A stretch of DNA of 63,313 bases, counting the filler, from Globobulimina sp. (lineage: Eukaryota): NCBI GenBank assembly GCA_003354225.1. It is 12 parts of 12 records of this genome, joined end to end, with 100 filler letters (N's around TTAATTAATTAA, not from the genome) between each part and the next. Parts side by side here need not be neighbours in the genome. Positions count along the whole stretch, not along the records: positions 21,188 to 26,377 come from PIVH01000678.1; positions 26,478 to 31,660 come from PIVH01000679.1; positions 31,761 to 36,937 come from PIVH01000680.1; 9 more parts are not named here. One strand, written 5' to 3'. The translations under genes and the position numbers were made by a program. Of the stretch, positions 23,844-36,842 are shown one piece after another. Each line of letters begins with the position of its first letter. Positions within the stretch are counted from its first letter, which is position 1. The notes under the pieces are model-generated. The model made no database searches. It was not told the origin of the DNA and was given only the letters and a program-made list of their open reading frames with translations.

Positions 23844-26377
23844 TCAACGTCCATAGCCATAGACATTGCCACTTCCACGATGGTCACATTTATTTGATAG
23901 ATGTTTGTCGACAATAAAACAAAAACGACACATGTGATGCCAATCACATCTTTCATGCGATTGGCTGAAATAACATCTTCCTTTTTCATGAAAATTACAA
24001 ATGTATTGAACTAATTCTGGACCACCATATAATGCGCCATTTTTAACGTGGTAACAATTCATTTTTTGTGTATTTACCGGTTTCTTTCCTGCATATCCAC
24101 CGTTGCCATATTGATTATTTTGATGATTTTCTTCCACTCTTTGTCGTTTATATGGTCTTTGATTTGAATTCTGATCATATTGCTGTTGTTGTTGTGGTGG
24201 TTGTTGTGGCTGATACATATGTTCATATTTCGATGGATTATAATTTCCTTGGCCTTGGTTACTATAATTACCCCGACCGTTACCTCTATAATTTCCGCGG
24301 CCGTTTCCTCTTCGATTTCCACGTCCATTTTGTTGATAATTTCCTCGATGTCCGCCACGATAATTCGGTTGAAAATTATTTCCTTGATAGCCGCCTCTCG
24401 CATTGCCACCATAATTATTGTCATCATAGTTACTTCTGTGATAACTACGATCACGTCCACGTCCACGAAAACCTCTTCCTCGTCGTGGTCTACGTCGTGG
24501 GATATATTGCGGTTTTACTGTTTCTGTGTTGTGGATTGGTTGCGATGTTGCGGCTGTTTGTTGTACTTTGATTGCCGCATTGTACGATCGTGTCTCAATG
24601 CTATTCTTGTGCTCATTGGAGATAATGGACAATTTCCATTCATTTAATGTGCTGCGATCACCTAAATTCGTCCCGGCACTCACTCCACGTTTAAGCACCG
24701 CCTTTCTTCTCTTCAATAAAAAGTGATTGAAGGCTTTTAACCCTTCATTGCCAATTAAGTTTGTGCTGAGTTCATTTTGTACGAATTTCGCCAATTTCAT
24801 CCATTGTAATCCGGCTGCGGTTAAATATGCACTTTGTATTAATGACTCTAAATTTGTGCCTTTATTACGATGAATGTCTGCTAATTCAGTTATTGATGTC
24901 GATATCATCATAATCACTTTGTACGTCGCATTGTGATCTTCTTTGAATGATTTGATTGCTGAATCTATATTGGTGTGATTTTGCGACCAATTTATATCTC
25001 CTGTTAATGCCAAATAACGTAATATATCATTTAATGGCGCTCCTCCTGTTGTGCATAATCGATAATATCCAATTTTGGCCGACGTGCGTTTTTTGTTTGA
25101 TATGTTGCCATTGATCTCATTATTTAATTCATTTTGATCTTTTTGATATTCCATAAATTGATAATAATCTAAATTGGGGGGAATTAAGGGGATTATTTTT
25201 AAAGTATGTTAAAATTTGTACAAAATCAAATTACGCACTTTTACAAAAACGGATATCTGAAAAAACGGATTACGAAAAAAGCAGATTACTGAAAATGGAT
25301 AAATTGCACACCGAAAACACCGTTTTTATGCACTGACAATACATTAAATTGACAGAATATACACACAATAACATAGACACAGAAGATGTTATACATACTC
25401 TTCATTATCGAATGTTTAATGTCTTCGTCCGTTACATGATTACCACCGTATTTTTGCATTAATTCGGTGAAACAAATTGTATCTTCTTCGTCGTCAATGC
25501 CCGGATGCATAAAACTGAGGCCATCCACTAAGGCAGACTTGTTATTCGATTCTAAGTCGTTGTTGACTCTTTGTTGTATGTTCTTGGCGTTGGTCACCAA
25601 ATCATTGTTGAAGTTGTCATTTTCTATGTTCACATTACCATCGCGGTCAACTGTGCGACGACTACGTATATTCGTTGCTAATTCACGTTGTTTATTACGA
25701 TTGTTTAATTTATCTAATAATGATGATTTCGATCCTGTTGTCCCAATTCTGCCCCTTGCAGTATTACCGCCATTGCCAATTTTATGCAAATTGTCGATCC
25801 ACGAACTTCCTGTTTGTTCTTCTGTTTTGCTCTCAAACTCAGTTTTATCGCTCGTGAGATCGATGTTGGTGTTTTTGTTGGAATTCGTGTTGTGCGAATT
25901 GTTGGTATTCGACCTTGGCAATGAATTCAAAATCTTCTCTCTGTATAGTTCAAATTCTTCCGATTTATTCAGAGGATCTAATAATCGCTGAATCAATGCG
26001 GCCAATTTTGCAAAATCTGGCTTGAAATTTGATACTTTGTACGATACCGAGGTTTCTGATAAGCCGAAGTATAAATACATCTTCGCCTTCGGTGTATTTT
26101 TATATGTTGTGTTATTTGAATCACTCACAAATTGATTAAATTGATTTATCATCGTATTCCATGTAATTCTCGCAAAATTACAAAATTGATTAACTTGTTC
26201 TTGATCATAACTCGTCGGATTGCCTCGTGCTGAAATTAATAAGTTTTCCATGACTTGTAGTGATGCAAAGTCTTGCTGTTGAAAATAATCAATAAGCGTT
26301 GCAGCAATGATATTGATAGCCTGCGATTTGACTTTCTTTACAAAATCCCATTTAAAATCATCCGTTGAGTCCGGGAA
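23844..26377 (-). CDS. Gag-like ORF1 (exons 26377-25399 and 25168-23844), RGG-rich with C-terminal Cys/His knuckle, 5' partial
   Basis: Phase-1 intron 25169-25398 joins ORFs in frame; RG/NYRG repeats; ICNFHEKGRC..ERCDWHHMCRFC..HLSNKC. Confidence 0.7.
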
Positions 26378-26562
26378 NNNNNNNNNNNNNNNNNNNNNNN
26401 NNNNNNNNNNNNNNNNNNNNNTTAATTAATTAANNNNNNNNNNNNNNNNNNNNNNNNNNNNNNNNNNNNNNNNNNNNCGTTTCTCCCACAAAACAAATTT
26501 TGTTACATTCACTCATCATAAATACAATTTTGATGATGAATGTGAGAATATGAATAAAATCT

Positions 26563-26636
26563 GCCCACTTGGTCTAGTTGGTTATGACATCTGCTCCACA
26601 CGCAGAGGGTCGCGAGTTCGAGTCTCGCAGTGGGTA
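26563..26636 (+). tRNA. tRNA-Val(CAC)
   Basis: Acceptor stem GCCCACT/AGTGGGT, D-arm, anticodon stem TCTGC/GCAGA with loop TCCACAC, T-arm GCGAG-TTCGAGT-CTCGC, discriminator A, and a T-run terminator just downstream. Confidence 0.9.
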
Positions 26637-26786
26637 AATTCTTATTTTTTTGAAAGCAAATGATCTCAATTTATTAAATAATCGGAAAGTAGGAGTGTGA
26701 AATGGCAAATATTCATAGTCTTTGAATAACTTATATTAATAAATCAAATAGTTTTACGTATGAGCAAGGAGTGACATTTTATACTA

Positions 26787-28878
26787 TCAGTCATCATCTA
26801 CAAAATCCTCTATGTGGTGATCTTGATTGCCAATTGCAATTCGAGTGTCTTCTTTGAAATTAAAGCTCTGTTCCATAATCAAATGTTGATGCGCTCCATC
26901 GATATTGACATCGTGATCAATCTCATCTTCTTTCTTTTTATCATCACCATCATCATCCGAAGCATAGAATGTCTTTACATTCATATCACTCCAAACATCC
27001 CACATTCCAAAACTCGACTGGCCTCCAATAATTAGTATCGATGATATGAGTCTTTTTGGAGCAAATTCAATTGTAAATATACCACCCGTCACATCATTAC
27101 TTTCTTCGCTTAATAATATCGGTTTCTTTTCTGGCTTTTCCTGATGCCATAATTTAATTTTTTTATCCAACGAACCAGTTGCAAATAAATCCGATTTATC
27201 CTTATTAAATGACAACGAAGTCACTGCTTTTCTGTGTCCTTTTAGCCGCCATATTGATTCGTTTACATTGATCTTCCGGATATCAAAACATTCAATGTAT
27301 CCATTATCTAAACTGCAAACAAAGAGGTTATCATTGCCCGGATGCCAGGTCAATGTCTCAATTTCGCCCAAAACAGTCCATCGCAGTCTGGCTTTGTTTC
27401 TTTTCCGCGATCCTAAGAGGCTAAGATCCGATAAATATATATTTTTATCAAACCCTCCGCTTAATAGTACAGTCGGATCATTGGGTTTCAATTTAATTTG
27501 TTGCACTTTGCCACTATGATGATTCGCCGTATTTACACATTTCCTTTTATTCAAATCCCAAATTTTAATACTTTTATCGCTAGAACCACTAAATAAATAC
27601 GAATCATTTGATTTACTCCAATCTAAACACAACACAGCATCGGAATGTGACCCTTCTTTCAATGAACCTAATGTCATATTTTTCTGTTTGTCGTCCATGT
27701 CCGTATAATTGAACATAATGTCTTCATTCCATTTGCTTAATAATTGCAACCCCTTTTCATTTGCCATTCGACCGCCTAAACAACAGACTGGTTCCAATGC
27801 GTCCATTACATCCAAATTAAAGATCTCTATGCTTTCCTCCACACTCCCAATGGCTAATAAATTGGTACCCAAGCTATTGAATGATAGCCATTTGCAGCAT
27901 AACGGGAAAGCAGCCAATGTAATGTCATGATGCTCGTAAAAAGTGCGTAATTGAGTATCAAATACATTTACTTGCATAGAGGAGGATTCCCGGTCAGCAT
28001 CACAGCCCAAACATAAAAATATTTCATCTGTTGGCTTAATGTGAATGTCCTCAATTTCTGAATCATTTGCTGTGTCATAAATATTTTCGGCGTTGATAAT
28101 TCTAAGTCTCTTTTCTTTTGATCTGTTTTTTCTCTCTGAACTGTAGCTATAATCAATCGGACCAATGGCAATGCCGCCCTGCAAACCGCCGATTCGTGAA
28201 ATAAAATCTAACGCTAAAGTATAAAAACGGTATTTATTTTACAAAAACGAAAACAAAAAACATACGTTGATCATCATATCCTTCCATAACTGCCTTGGTA
28301 AAATCTTCCTCATTTTCAAAATCTATCAATTGTTCCTCATCTGATTCTTCCTCATCTTCCTCATCTTCCTCTTCTTCCTCTTCTTCCTCTTCTTCCTCTT
28401 CTTCCTCTTCTTCCTCTTCTTCCTCTTCTATCTGGTCAGTTTTGTGTTTTTTTGTGTTGGGATTATCTGAGTCAACTTTTTGTAAATCACTGTATTTGCG
28501 TTTGCGCAAATTGCTAGATTGAGATTCATCTTTTTTGTTGGTGTCGTTATCGTTGTTCTCTGTGATATCAAGGTCTTCATTTGTATCGATATCATCCTCG
28601 TCCAAGAATTGTTCCACTTTGTCTTCATTGACAAGCTTAGAATCATCAATGTTATCGTTGGAGTTATAACTTTCGATACCATCCTCATTTATTATTTTAA
28701 TATCATTTTGATGTATTTGTTTCATATCATCCTCGTCCAAGAATTGGTCGGCTGTGTCTGCATGGACAGGCATAAAACGATCAATTTTGACTGGGAGATG
28801 TTTAATTGGAATTGCATGTGTTTTGTCTGGCCATTCTTTGGCTGCATTTGGGGGAAGCCAAGTTACACAAGTTATCAT
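26787..28878 (-). CDS. PWP1: Periodic tryptophan protein 1 (WD40), two exons
   Basis: MITCVTWLP start, acidic tract, IKPTD, FYEHHDITLAAFPLCCKWL, LDVMDALEP, HSDAVLCL and WD40 repeats. Intron 28208-28265 is in frame. Confidence 0.9.
28345..28428. repeat. (TCTTCC)n coding microsatellite (poly-Glu of PWP1)
   Basis: Visible tandem hexamer. Confidence 0.9.
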
Positions 28879-29029
28879 GGTTCAAGTGAAAGTTTTCGAC
28901 AATTTAGAGCAAAATTTAAAATACGTTGTAACAAGATAAATCATTTGTTGATACAGTAAACGAGTGATGTATTTGCTTAATAGCAAAATTAAATGCAGGG
29001 TTCATGCATTATAGTGTAGTATTTTTATA

Positions 29030-29395
29030 TCAAAGAATTGGATGAATATTGTATTCATCTTCCATTTGTTCCCAATCAATTTCTGTGTCATACTGCTTTA
29101 CATCTAATTCCTGTATAAAATCTTGCAATAAATCACCAACTCTTTGTACTCTGCCACGGAACTGATCCATCAAAGCTCCCATATCATTGTCATTCATTAA
29201 GTGTTCAAATTGTTTGAAAACATAATCATAGGCCTCTTGTGCATCGTAATTACGATAATTGAGTTCATCATAGTAATTACGATATAAACCAGCGATGAAT
29301 TCATCAATATCATTCTCTAATTCCTGCTCATCTCTCTCTAAGCTCTGTTCTAACTCTCCAATTTGTGCAGAAGTGTAGTTAAATTTATACACCAT
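29030..29395 (-). CDS. Small acidic hypothetical protein
   Basis: 121-aa ORF with helical, coding-like composition. Confidence 0.45.
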   Translation of the reverse strand: MVYKFNYTSAQIGELEQSLERDEQELENDIDEFIAGLYRNYYDELNYRNYDAQEAYDYVFKQFEHLMNDNDMGALMDQFRGRVQRVGDLLQDFIQELDVKQYDTEIDWEQMEDEYNIHPIL

Positions 29396-29925
29396 TTCGT
29401 CTGATTATTAAATTTCATTTGCTTACATTTAAAAAAATAAAGATGATCATTTAAGGATACTAAACTGTTAAGTTTGAAAAAGTCGGGTATTTCAACCAGT
29501 ACAGCCTCTATATTCAGATTTTTACGATCGGAGCTGAGAATGTCCGATAATCTTCGGGTATTTTGTAATAATATCAAATCCAAAACACTTCCTGTCATCA
29601 TCATTAAAATTGAGAAAAACAATAATTGCAATTTGTTCAATTTATATTGATATTTGTTTTTTTTTGAGTTTAATTTATTGGTTCGCGTGGGATGACTACT
29701 CAATTTTTTTGAATCCGAATCAATAACAACTGATTGCAAAAAATATTCAACCAAATTAATTATAAGCTGTGTGAAGAGATCAATAACGGTTATGCATCGG
29801 TACTGATTCCGTAGTTTCATTGTTGCAAAAATGTTTTTTAATTTTAGTTCGGCGGAACTGTTTTTTAATTAATAGTTTGGATTCATAATTAACATTTTCA
29901 CAGCTGCAGAATCTGATAGTTTGGG

Positions 29926-31104
29926 TTAATAATCAGTTTGATTGCGTTCATTTGCAAGCCGGAGGTTGAGTTTAAACTCAGCAGTATGTGCTTTTCCATG
30001 GGTTCTATGTGTCCCAATATGAAAAGTTAAATTCTCAGAAGATTGAAATGATCGAAACCTTGCAGATCCTTTCATTCCTTGGTATGCCAAACTCACTTCT
30101 TTCCTCATAACACTTCCAATGGGTCCAAATCCAATAAAAGTATCTCCAAAGCTCATATTTGCGAATTTTTCTCTTTCAAATACGAAACAATCAAAGCCAC
30201 GATGGACCGCTCCGTTTGGTATCTCTTGATATATTTGATCCATTATATAGTCCTCAATACTTTTGTTCTTGTATTTATTCTCAACTTTCATGTCTTGCAT
30301 CAGATCTGCTGTGTTTTCAAATATTTTTCGAAATAAAATTTCTTTGTCAATGCAGCGTCTGTTTATGGTAAATCCTTTATATCCATCAATGATAAATTGC
30401 GCGATTCGAATGTAAAAGTTCAATGCAACGCCAATGTCGAAATTGGTGTAGATTATAAAATGACCATTGGATGCATAATTATGTGCAGATTGCAGGATAT
30501 CGTGAATGAATGGAATGTTGTTGATAAGCTTGCCTTTTTTCAGTTTTTTGGCAAATTCGGGAGCGTCAAAATACTCGGTTTTAACTGTTCTGTTTAGGTG
30601 AGGTTCTAAGATAGTAACTCCATTTGGAATGATCTCATCATCCTCTTTCAAATGGGCAGAACATAAACTTATGTTTAGTGAAAATAATATATTTCTGTGA
30701 ACATGTATTTTGCCCATTGCCTCTTTCTTTGCGTTTATCATTGACAAAAATGTATATGGTCCAGCGTAATATAGATAGGAATTGTGATCTTTATTATGCT
30801 TCAGATTTAAAGCATTGGTCACATGGCATATTGATATATGTACCACTTCGGCATCAATTTGTTTTGCAGAAACTGAGAGGGACATTGTATTTGGTGATTC
30901 TAAATCTACGTTAAAAAATACCAGAATTGTTTCATAAAATACCAACGCTAATACAGCCAGAAATGTTGCAAGGAGCTTGTATAGTGATAATCTACAACAA
31001 ATGGGTTTCGCTGCCATGCATGCAATATTTAGTACGTTGTAATTTAAAATGGAATGAAAACCTAGCTGATCATCACGGGTACTCACAATAGTAATTGTCA
31101 TCAA
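29926..31104 (-). CDS. Type II membrane protein, putative glycosyltransferase-like
   Basis: N-terminal TM anchor; IPFIHDIL, IIYTNFDI, TINRR, HRGFDCFVF, FIGFGPIG and TFHIG motifs. Confidence 0.5.
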   Translation of the reverse strand: MMTITIVSTRDDQLGFHSILNYNVLNIACMAAKPICCRLSLYKLLATFLAVLALVFYETILVFFNVDLESPNTMSLSVSAKQIDAEVVHISICHVTNALNLKHNKDHNSYLYYAGPYTFLSMINAKKEAMGKIHVHRNILFSLNISLCSAHLKEDDEIIPNGVTILEPHLNRTVKTEYFDAPEFAKKLKKGKLINNIPFIHDILQSAHNYASNGHFIIYTNFDIGVALNFYIRIAQFIIDGYKGFTINRRCIDKEILFRKIFENTADLMQDMKVENKYKNKSIEDYIMDQIYQEIPNGAVHRGFDCFVFEREKFANMSFGDTFIGFGPIGSVMRKEVSLAYQGMKGSARFRSFQSSENLTFHIGTHRTHGKAHTAEFKLNLRLANERNQTDY

Positions 31105-31660
31105 TGAATTGTGTTTTTTGTGGTGTAACCATAACGCAATCAGAATTCCAGACTGTATTACTTAATTCATGTTGATAAAAATAAGCAAGAATTGCTGTTT
31201 CCAAGTTATATGACGCATTTTGTTTCTTAAATCTCAACTCTCGCACTGTTGGTGATTTCCATCGCTTCCATGAGTGTTTATCAGGCTTAACTAAAATTCC
31301 TGTATCCCATAATTTAACTTCATTCCAAGCATCAACTGTCGAATTGGCATTGGATACCTTTACAGATATCGATGATAAACCATATTTAATTAATTCTCTA
31401 TTATTTACATTCAGGAATTGTGATAATATATCAATATATTTGTTGTTATTCACTGATAAATCATCATAATCCACCATAATCCAATATTTCTGTTTGATTT
31501 TTTGCAATTGTTGATCAATGATCATGGTTGCATTATATTTAGTTTTTACTCTTTGTTCACAAAATCCAAACCTATGAATACAGGAAGAAACCATAACTTT
31601 TACCCATTCACGTTTTAAAACAATATATCTCAAATCAATGTGATTATCGTTCCTTTCTTC
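31073..31660 (-). CDS. 3' part of hypothetical protein (possibly sulfotransferase-like)
   Basis: Open frame from near contig edge; WIMVDYDDL motif only. Confidence 0.3.
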   Translation of the reverse strand, partial: EERNDNHIDLRYIVLKREWVKVMVSSCIHRFGFCEQRVKTKYNATMIIDQQLQKIKQKYWIMVDYDDLSVNNNKYIDILSQFLNVNNRELIKYGLSSISVKVSNANSTVDAWNEVKLWDTGILVKPDKHSWKRWKSPTVRELRFKKQNASYNLETAILAYFYQHELSNTVWNSDCVMVTPQKTQFIDDNYYCEYP

Positions 31661-31760
31661 NNNNNNNNNNNNNNNNNNNNNNNNNNNNNNNNNNNNNNNN
31701 NNNNTTAATTAATTAANNNNNNNNNNNNNNNNNNNNNNNNNNNNNNNNNNNNNNNNNNNN

Positions 31761-32431
31761 TGCTGGGGCTGAAGCCACACCGTACGGTTGCTTACGATCT
31801 CTAAATCTGAGGCCAAATAATGAGTATCCAATGTAATCCGCATCTTCTTTTGGTAATGGAACTTGTCTGAAGAAGTCAGCTAAATCCCTCAAAGCAAAGT
31901 AATTTTTATCAATTAATAATTTTATGTATTGGATTATATTCGGTAAGTCTTTCATTTTACATTTTTCTTTATTTATCCATTGATTTATAGCCGTTTTACC
32001 TTTTTCGTGATATGATCCATTTCTTATCACTCTTACTTTGGTGTAAAATCCATTTCCGTCCTTTTTAGGTGTTCCAAAAATCATACAGTAATATTTTGCA
32101 TTATGATAAATTGGCTCAATTTGTCCATTTTTGACTTCTTCTGCTAATTTGTCAATAAATGCTTTTACGTCTTCTAAGGAATTTGCTATGTTATTGATAT
32201 TTGTTGACAGTTCGAGAGGTGATAAAGGTATGCCATTCGAGTCAGTTTTATTATGGGTATTAAGAAATAATGGAAATCCATTTTCAACATATTTTATAAC
32301 AAGTTTTGAATTCTGTTTTGTTTTTAAGTATTTTTTAAATTGTTTTATGTTTAAATTATTTTTGAATTTAGAACCTTCGCTATGTAATTTTTGAAGATTT
32401 TGTAATTTTTGGGCACATTCAGGTGATATTT
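31761..32431 (-). CDS. Reverse transcriptase, N-terminal half (truncated by contig end)
   Basis: YVENGFPL, IFGTPKKD..KVRVIRNGS, AINQWI, LRDLADFFRQVPL, GYSLFG and QPYGVASAP. Confidence 0.88.
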
Positions 32432-32737
32432 CTGAGTATAAGACAGAAATAAAAGTTAAGAGAAAATTACGCCACAACCACTGCGACAATTTTATAGAAC
32501 TTATTAATATATTTAACAAGATTTAAATTTTAAAGAAGATATATATTATTAAATAAGATTAAATTAAGAAATTTTAAATTGTTGGAATAAAGTTGGAATA
32601 TAAAAAACATTAATTAGCAAATATCAGAATTCGTTGATGATATTCAAATTGCAGCACATTTGAAGATATTAAATATTAATAAGAAATTTTGATAATTGAC
32701 AGTTAAATTTGTTACATTCGAGGCAGAATTTATTTAA

Positions 32738-35700
32738 TTACAAAGTAGGACATTTGCATAATGGATGATTGTCTCTTGGATGTAAAATACAATTATGATC
32801 ACGTTGACATTTATCGGCTCCTTTATAGCATGAATCATCTGCATTGAATGCTGCACATTGACGTGATTTGAGGGAATAATATTTCCCGGTTCCTCTCAAT
32901 AAATTTTTACATTTTTTTACAGCTAAAACTAAGACATTTTCCTGATTATTATTCGAACGATCATTATTTGAACGATCATTATTGCGATTATACGAACGTC
33001 TAAATTGTTGATCGTAATTACGATCATTATCAGAATAATCATTATTGTTTTCACTATTCATTCGATTGTAATTCCTGTCATAGTTTCTATTATTATTTCT
33101 ATTTGAGTCTTGATTATAATTTCGGCGATAATTATTCTGGTTAGGTTCATTTTGATGGTAAGTACCTTTTTTATTTGTGTCTCTATGTCGACGATCACGA
33201 CCATGTCGATGACGATAATTATTTCTATATCCTTGATTATGGCGAGTCTCATTTAATTCTCTTTGGCGGTTATAATATGGATCATTGTCTGCTGAATCTC
33301 GAGGTACACCATGTTTTTTCTTGTCTTGATTCTTATCATTTTTTGTTGTTTGAATAGATTTAATTTGTGTTTCAGCGCTGCTATATTTGTTAAATGTATT
33401 CGATAGAAATATATCCAAAGTTATTTTGCTGTTTTTTATACGATGATTATTCATGAAATTGCTTGTAAATATTACTGTAAAACATTGATTTTTTACAATT
33501 GCATCAGAAACACCGCTATCTACCCATGCTGCCATTAAATGGGGATCAAATTTTGTATCTTTTACTGAATATAATAATGTTTCCATTAATTTTTTTAAAT
33601 CATATGATTTATAATCAAACCATATACGGATCAAACGATATAATTCAGCTTCTTCAAAATCTTTCGGTATTAATTTATTAAATTTAATATTTAAATTATT
33701 AATATATTCTCTAATCCAACCAAATGTATTATAGATATTCCATTTATTATTAAATAATGATTTTAATTCAATTGAGAAATTTTCATGTAATAATTTGCAT
33801 TTTTTATTCATATATTTATTAATTTGATACATTAAGTTAAGAAAAGAAAAATCTTCGTCAATTGTGCCAGTTATAAACATTATTAAATCTGCTTTTATTG
33901 AGAGAATTATTTTTGATGTTAATACTGATTTAATATTGGCAGAAAGTGCTGGGGATTGCAATAATGCAATATTTGACATTGTTACATTTCCTTTAAAAGT
34001 TTAGATAACAAAATTTTTAATAAATTATTAAATTGTGTGGTTGCGGTGAAAATAAAAATTATTGATTTATAAAACAAACAAAGTTGAACTAAAATTAATT
34101 TGTAAGAAAGATTTCAGTCAAATCAAATCAAAAAAATTTAATAGCATTCAATTTGCGAATATAAAACGAATAAAAAATATTTTAAAATGTGTAAATGTAT
34201 ATATATATACCTTCTAATTGGCGGACAATATCTTTATTCGTTAATCTTTGGCCATTAATGCCAACTTTTGCATTTATCAAATTATTGACTAATACAACAT
34301 TTTTATTGCGATTATTGGTAATTGCTACATCGACTATTTTTAAAATACATTCTTGTTTCTTTTGTTTATCGATTACTGCAGCAATCATATCATTTGTATT
34401 AATTGAAATTAATTGATTTTGATTTGATTTATGTTCATTCCATTCAAAGGTAGGTTTCTTTGAATATTCTCTTCTATCTAAAGCTTGTTTTAATTGATTA
34501 AATCTTTCTGTTACAGATGAATTTATTTGATTTGTCATATTTAATATGTCATTTTGTGTTAATGGCTTGTTTGTTGTTGCTACAGTTAAAGGATTCGTAG
34601 TTCTCCGTCTTCTTGAATCGGGTTGGAATAAGTTGTCAAATAAAGGGGTACAATGATCTGGTTTTGGTCTTACACGCGATTTGGGGGAGAATTTGGTAAT
34701 AATTAAATGTGGGATTTTACGATGTTTAAGTATTGTTTTATATTTTCTTAAATTTATGATACAGCCATCATTGTCAATTATTCCTGTTTCAAAAAGTTGA
34801 TTTCGGACATAAGGTAATTGTTTATTTAAATTCGTAAATAATATATTTAAATTCTTTGTTTTTGCAATGACAGCAATATGTTTATGGATTGGAGATGATA
34901 CAGGCATCGAAGTGCTGAAATTAAATAAATAAATATTTGCTAATATGGCAATTAATAATTGTTGTCTGTATAAATCCGAATCATTGTTTAATATATTTAA
35001 TGTTTCGTCAGTTACTGAATCACAGAAATTTTCAAAATTGGTTTTATTTGTTATGTCACTTGTTGTAAATATAGGGAAAGAAGGAGAATGTATGGTATTT
35101 GTTCTTGATGCTGCTGATCTAACTGTACTCGTTGTGGTTGTTGCAGTTCTTACATTTGTTTTTGTGGTCGAAGTTGGGTTATTAACATTCGTTGTTGTTT
35201 GGGCTGTACGTTGGGCTGCTTTGGGATTTTTAGGTTTTGTTTGTGTAGACGACTGGGTTGACGTTGACTGATTTTTATTTAATGGATTACTATATTTATC
35301 AATATCTGGTAAAGGAAGGCCGGGAATAATAGGATTAGTAAAAGAGAAATCATTGTCAAATGAATATGATAATCCAATATAGTTTGGATGTTTAAAGTTA
35401 TCATTCTCCGCATTCTTAACTTCTTCTTGGGAATGGGATAAATTTAAATTTATTATATTACTATTTTTATTTGTTAATAATAGGTCTAAGTAATTAATGT
35501 AATCAAAAGAAGTGTTATATTTATATTTTACATTTTTTAAATTATTAAACTCTGCATTGGACACTGGTTTTGCGACAGAAAGTATTATGTCATTGATTGA
35601 GCGATAGGTATTATTGTAATCGCAATATTTGAATAAAGTATTAAGGAATAATTTCATTGATTCGAATGCCGTGCGAGTTTTTGCTGGAATAAAATAAACT

Positions 35701-35966
35701 TTTGATAAACCGGATTTTAAATAATATAATAATAATACTATTTCAATTTGTGTTAAGTAATTAATTTTATCGGAATTTGAGATATTGGAAGGTTTTGATT
35801 TTAGGACATTTTTACGGAAAGATATTATCCAATTTGATTCATTAATTTTTGCAATTTGATCTGCTAATCTTCCGTATAATTGTATTACATCAATTTCACA
35901 AAATTTTACTGGATCGGTTATGAATGTGTTTACTTCTTCTTCGATTTCATTTTTATTTGATGTCAT
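32738..35966 (-). CDS. Gag-like ORF1 (exons 35966-34211 and 33990-32738) with Asn/Arg-rich region and Cys/His knuckle
   Basis: Phase-1 intron 33991-34210 joins ORFs in frame; C-terminal QCAAFNADDSCYKGADKCQRDHNCILH..HPLCKCP. Confidence 0.7.
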
Positions 35967-36800
35967 TTTATTTTTAATTTTAATATGAATATATATTTCG
36001 GGCGTTGAGAAATAAGGGGAAGTTTAGTTAGTTTGTTTAAATTTGGAAGTTTGCTAATTTGCTAATTTGTATGTAGATGACTTTAGTTGTTTGGGTGTGA
36101 TTTCCTATCACTTATTCTTTTTTGCAAGGGGTCTGGTTTAAAGAGAGAGGCAAAAAAATTTGTTGAAGTTCAGTTCAAAGATAAAAAACTTCACTTCAAC
36201 AACAAATAAAAACACACTTCACACAAAGTCATTATAAGCAGAATAATTGCACTACGATTATTATTATGATTTATACAATTCCATAAATCTTGGTGCTTGA
36301 AATATGAAGGTGATAACATTAACATCACCACCGATAACGACATCGATGAATCAGAACAAGATTAAATACTCCATGATAAATGCAATCAATTCCATTTTAG
36401 TTAAATTAGGTTCTTTGGGTGTTACTGAAAGTGAAATAATCGAAGGTATTAAATCTATCGCACTAATCGCAGATTGCAATGTTGATGGTATTGTTGCAGT
36501 ACACACAAAAAGATTATTGGAATAGTAATAATGTGGATGTTATGAAAAGTAGAGCGAGTGGTACACATTTACGTGAATGGTATACCGGTTTAATGCATAA
36601 TATAGCAATCATAGAATGTTTTTATTATCATTGTAATTATATTATGTATTCATTTATATTGATATAAACATGGTATTAACCATATAATATTTATAATTAG
36701 TATATGTTTTGTAAAGTCCTATCAATATATCAACGTATAAATGATAGTATCTTGCGACTGATATAGAGATTTAGACCAATGAAGTCGAGAGTATTTAAAT

Positions 36801-36842
36801 CGTTGTGACGTTTCGGTCGAAACTATGACCTTTACGAACACG
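36801..36842 (-). ncRNA. Possible minimal hammerhead-ribozyme-like motif with variant core
   Basis: Minus strand reads CGTGT-TCGTAAA-GGTC(ATAGTTTC)GACC-GAAAC-GTC-ACAACG. Confidence 0.3.

Larger units (their letters stand above)
21188..26377 (-). mobile_element. DIRS/Ngaro-like (tyrosine-recombinase class) retrotransposon, internal fragment
   Basis: ORF1a, Gag-like ORF and RT-RNase H are co-oriented, with no protease or DDE integrase. Ends and YR ORF are off contig. Confidence 0.8.
31761..35966 (-). mobile_element. Second, divergent DIRS/Ngaro-like retrotransposon (5' portion)
   Basis: Same ORF1a, Gag-like, RT order as 21188-26377; no obvious nucleotide similarity to it. Confidence 0.75.

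Noticed and set aside
29350-29820. 156-aa ORF
   Set aside because: No recognisable motif, and it overlaps the next ORF; may hide exons but cannot be supported.
36304-36667. Short plus-strand ORFs upstream of element B
   Set aside because: Short, with no motifs (no GIY-YIG or YR signature found in the frames examined).
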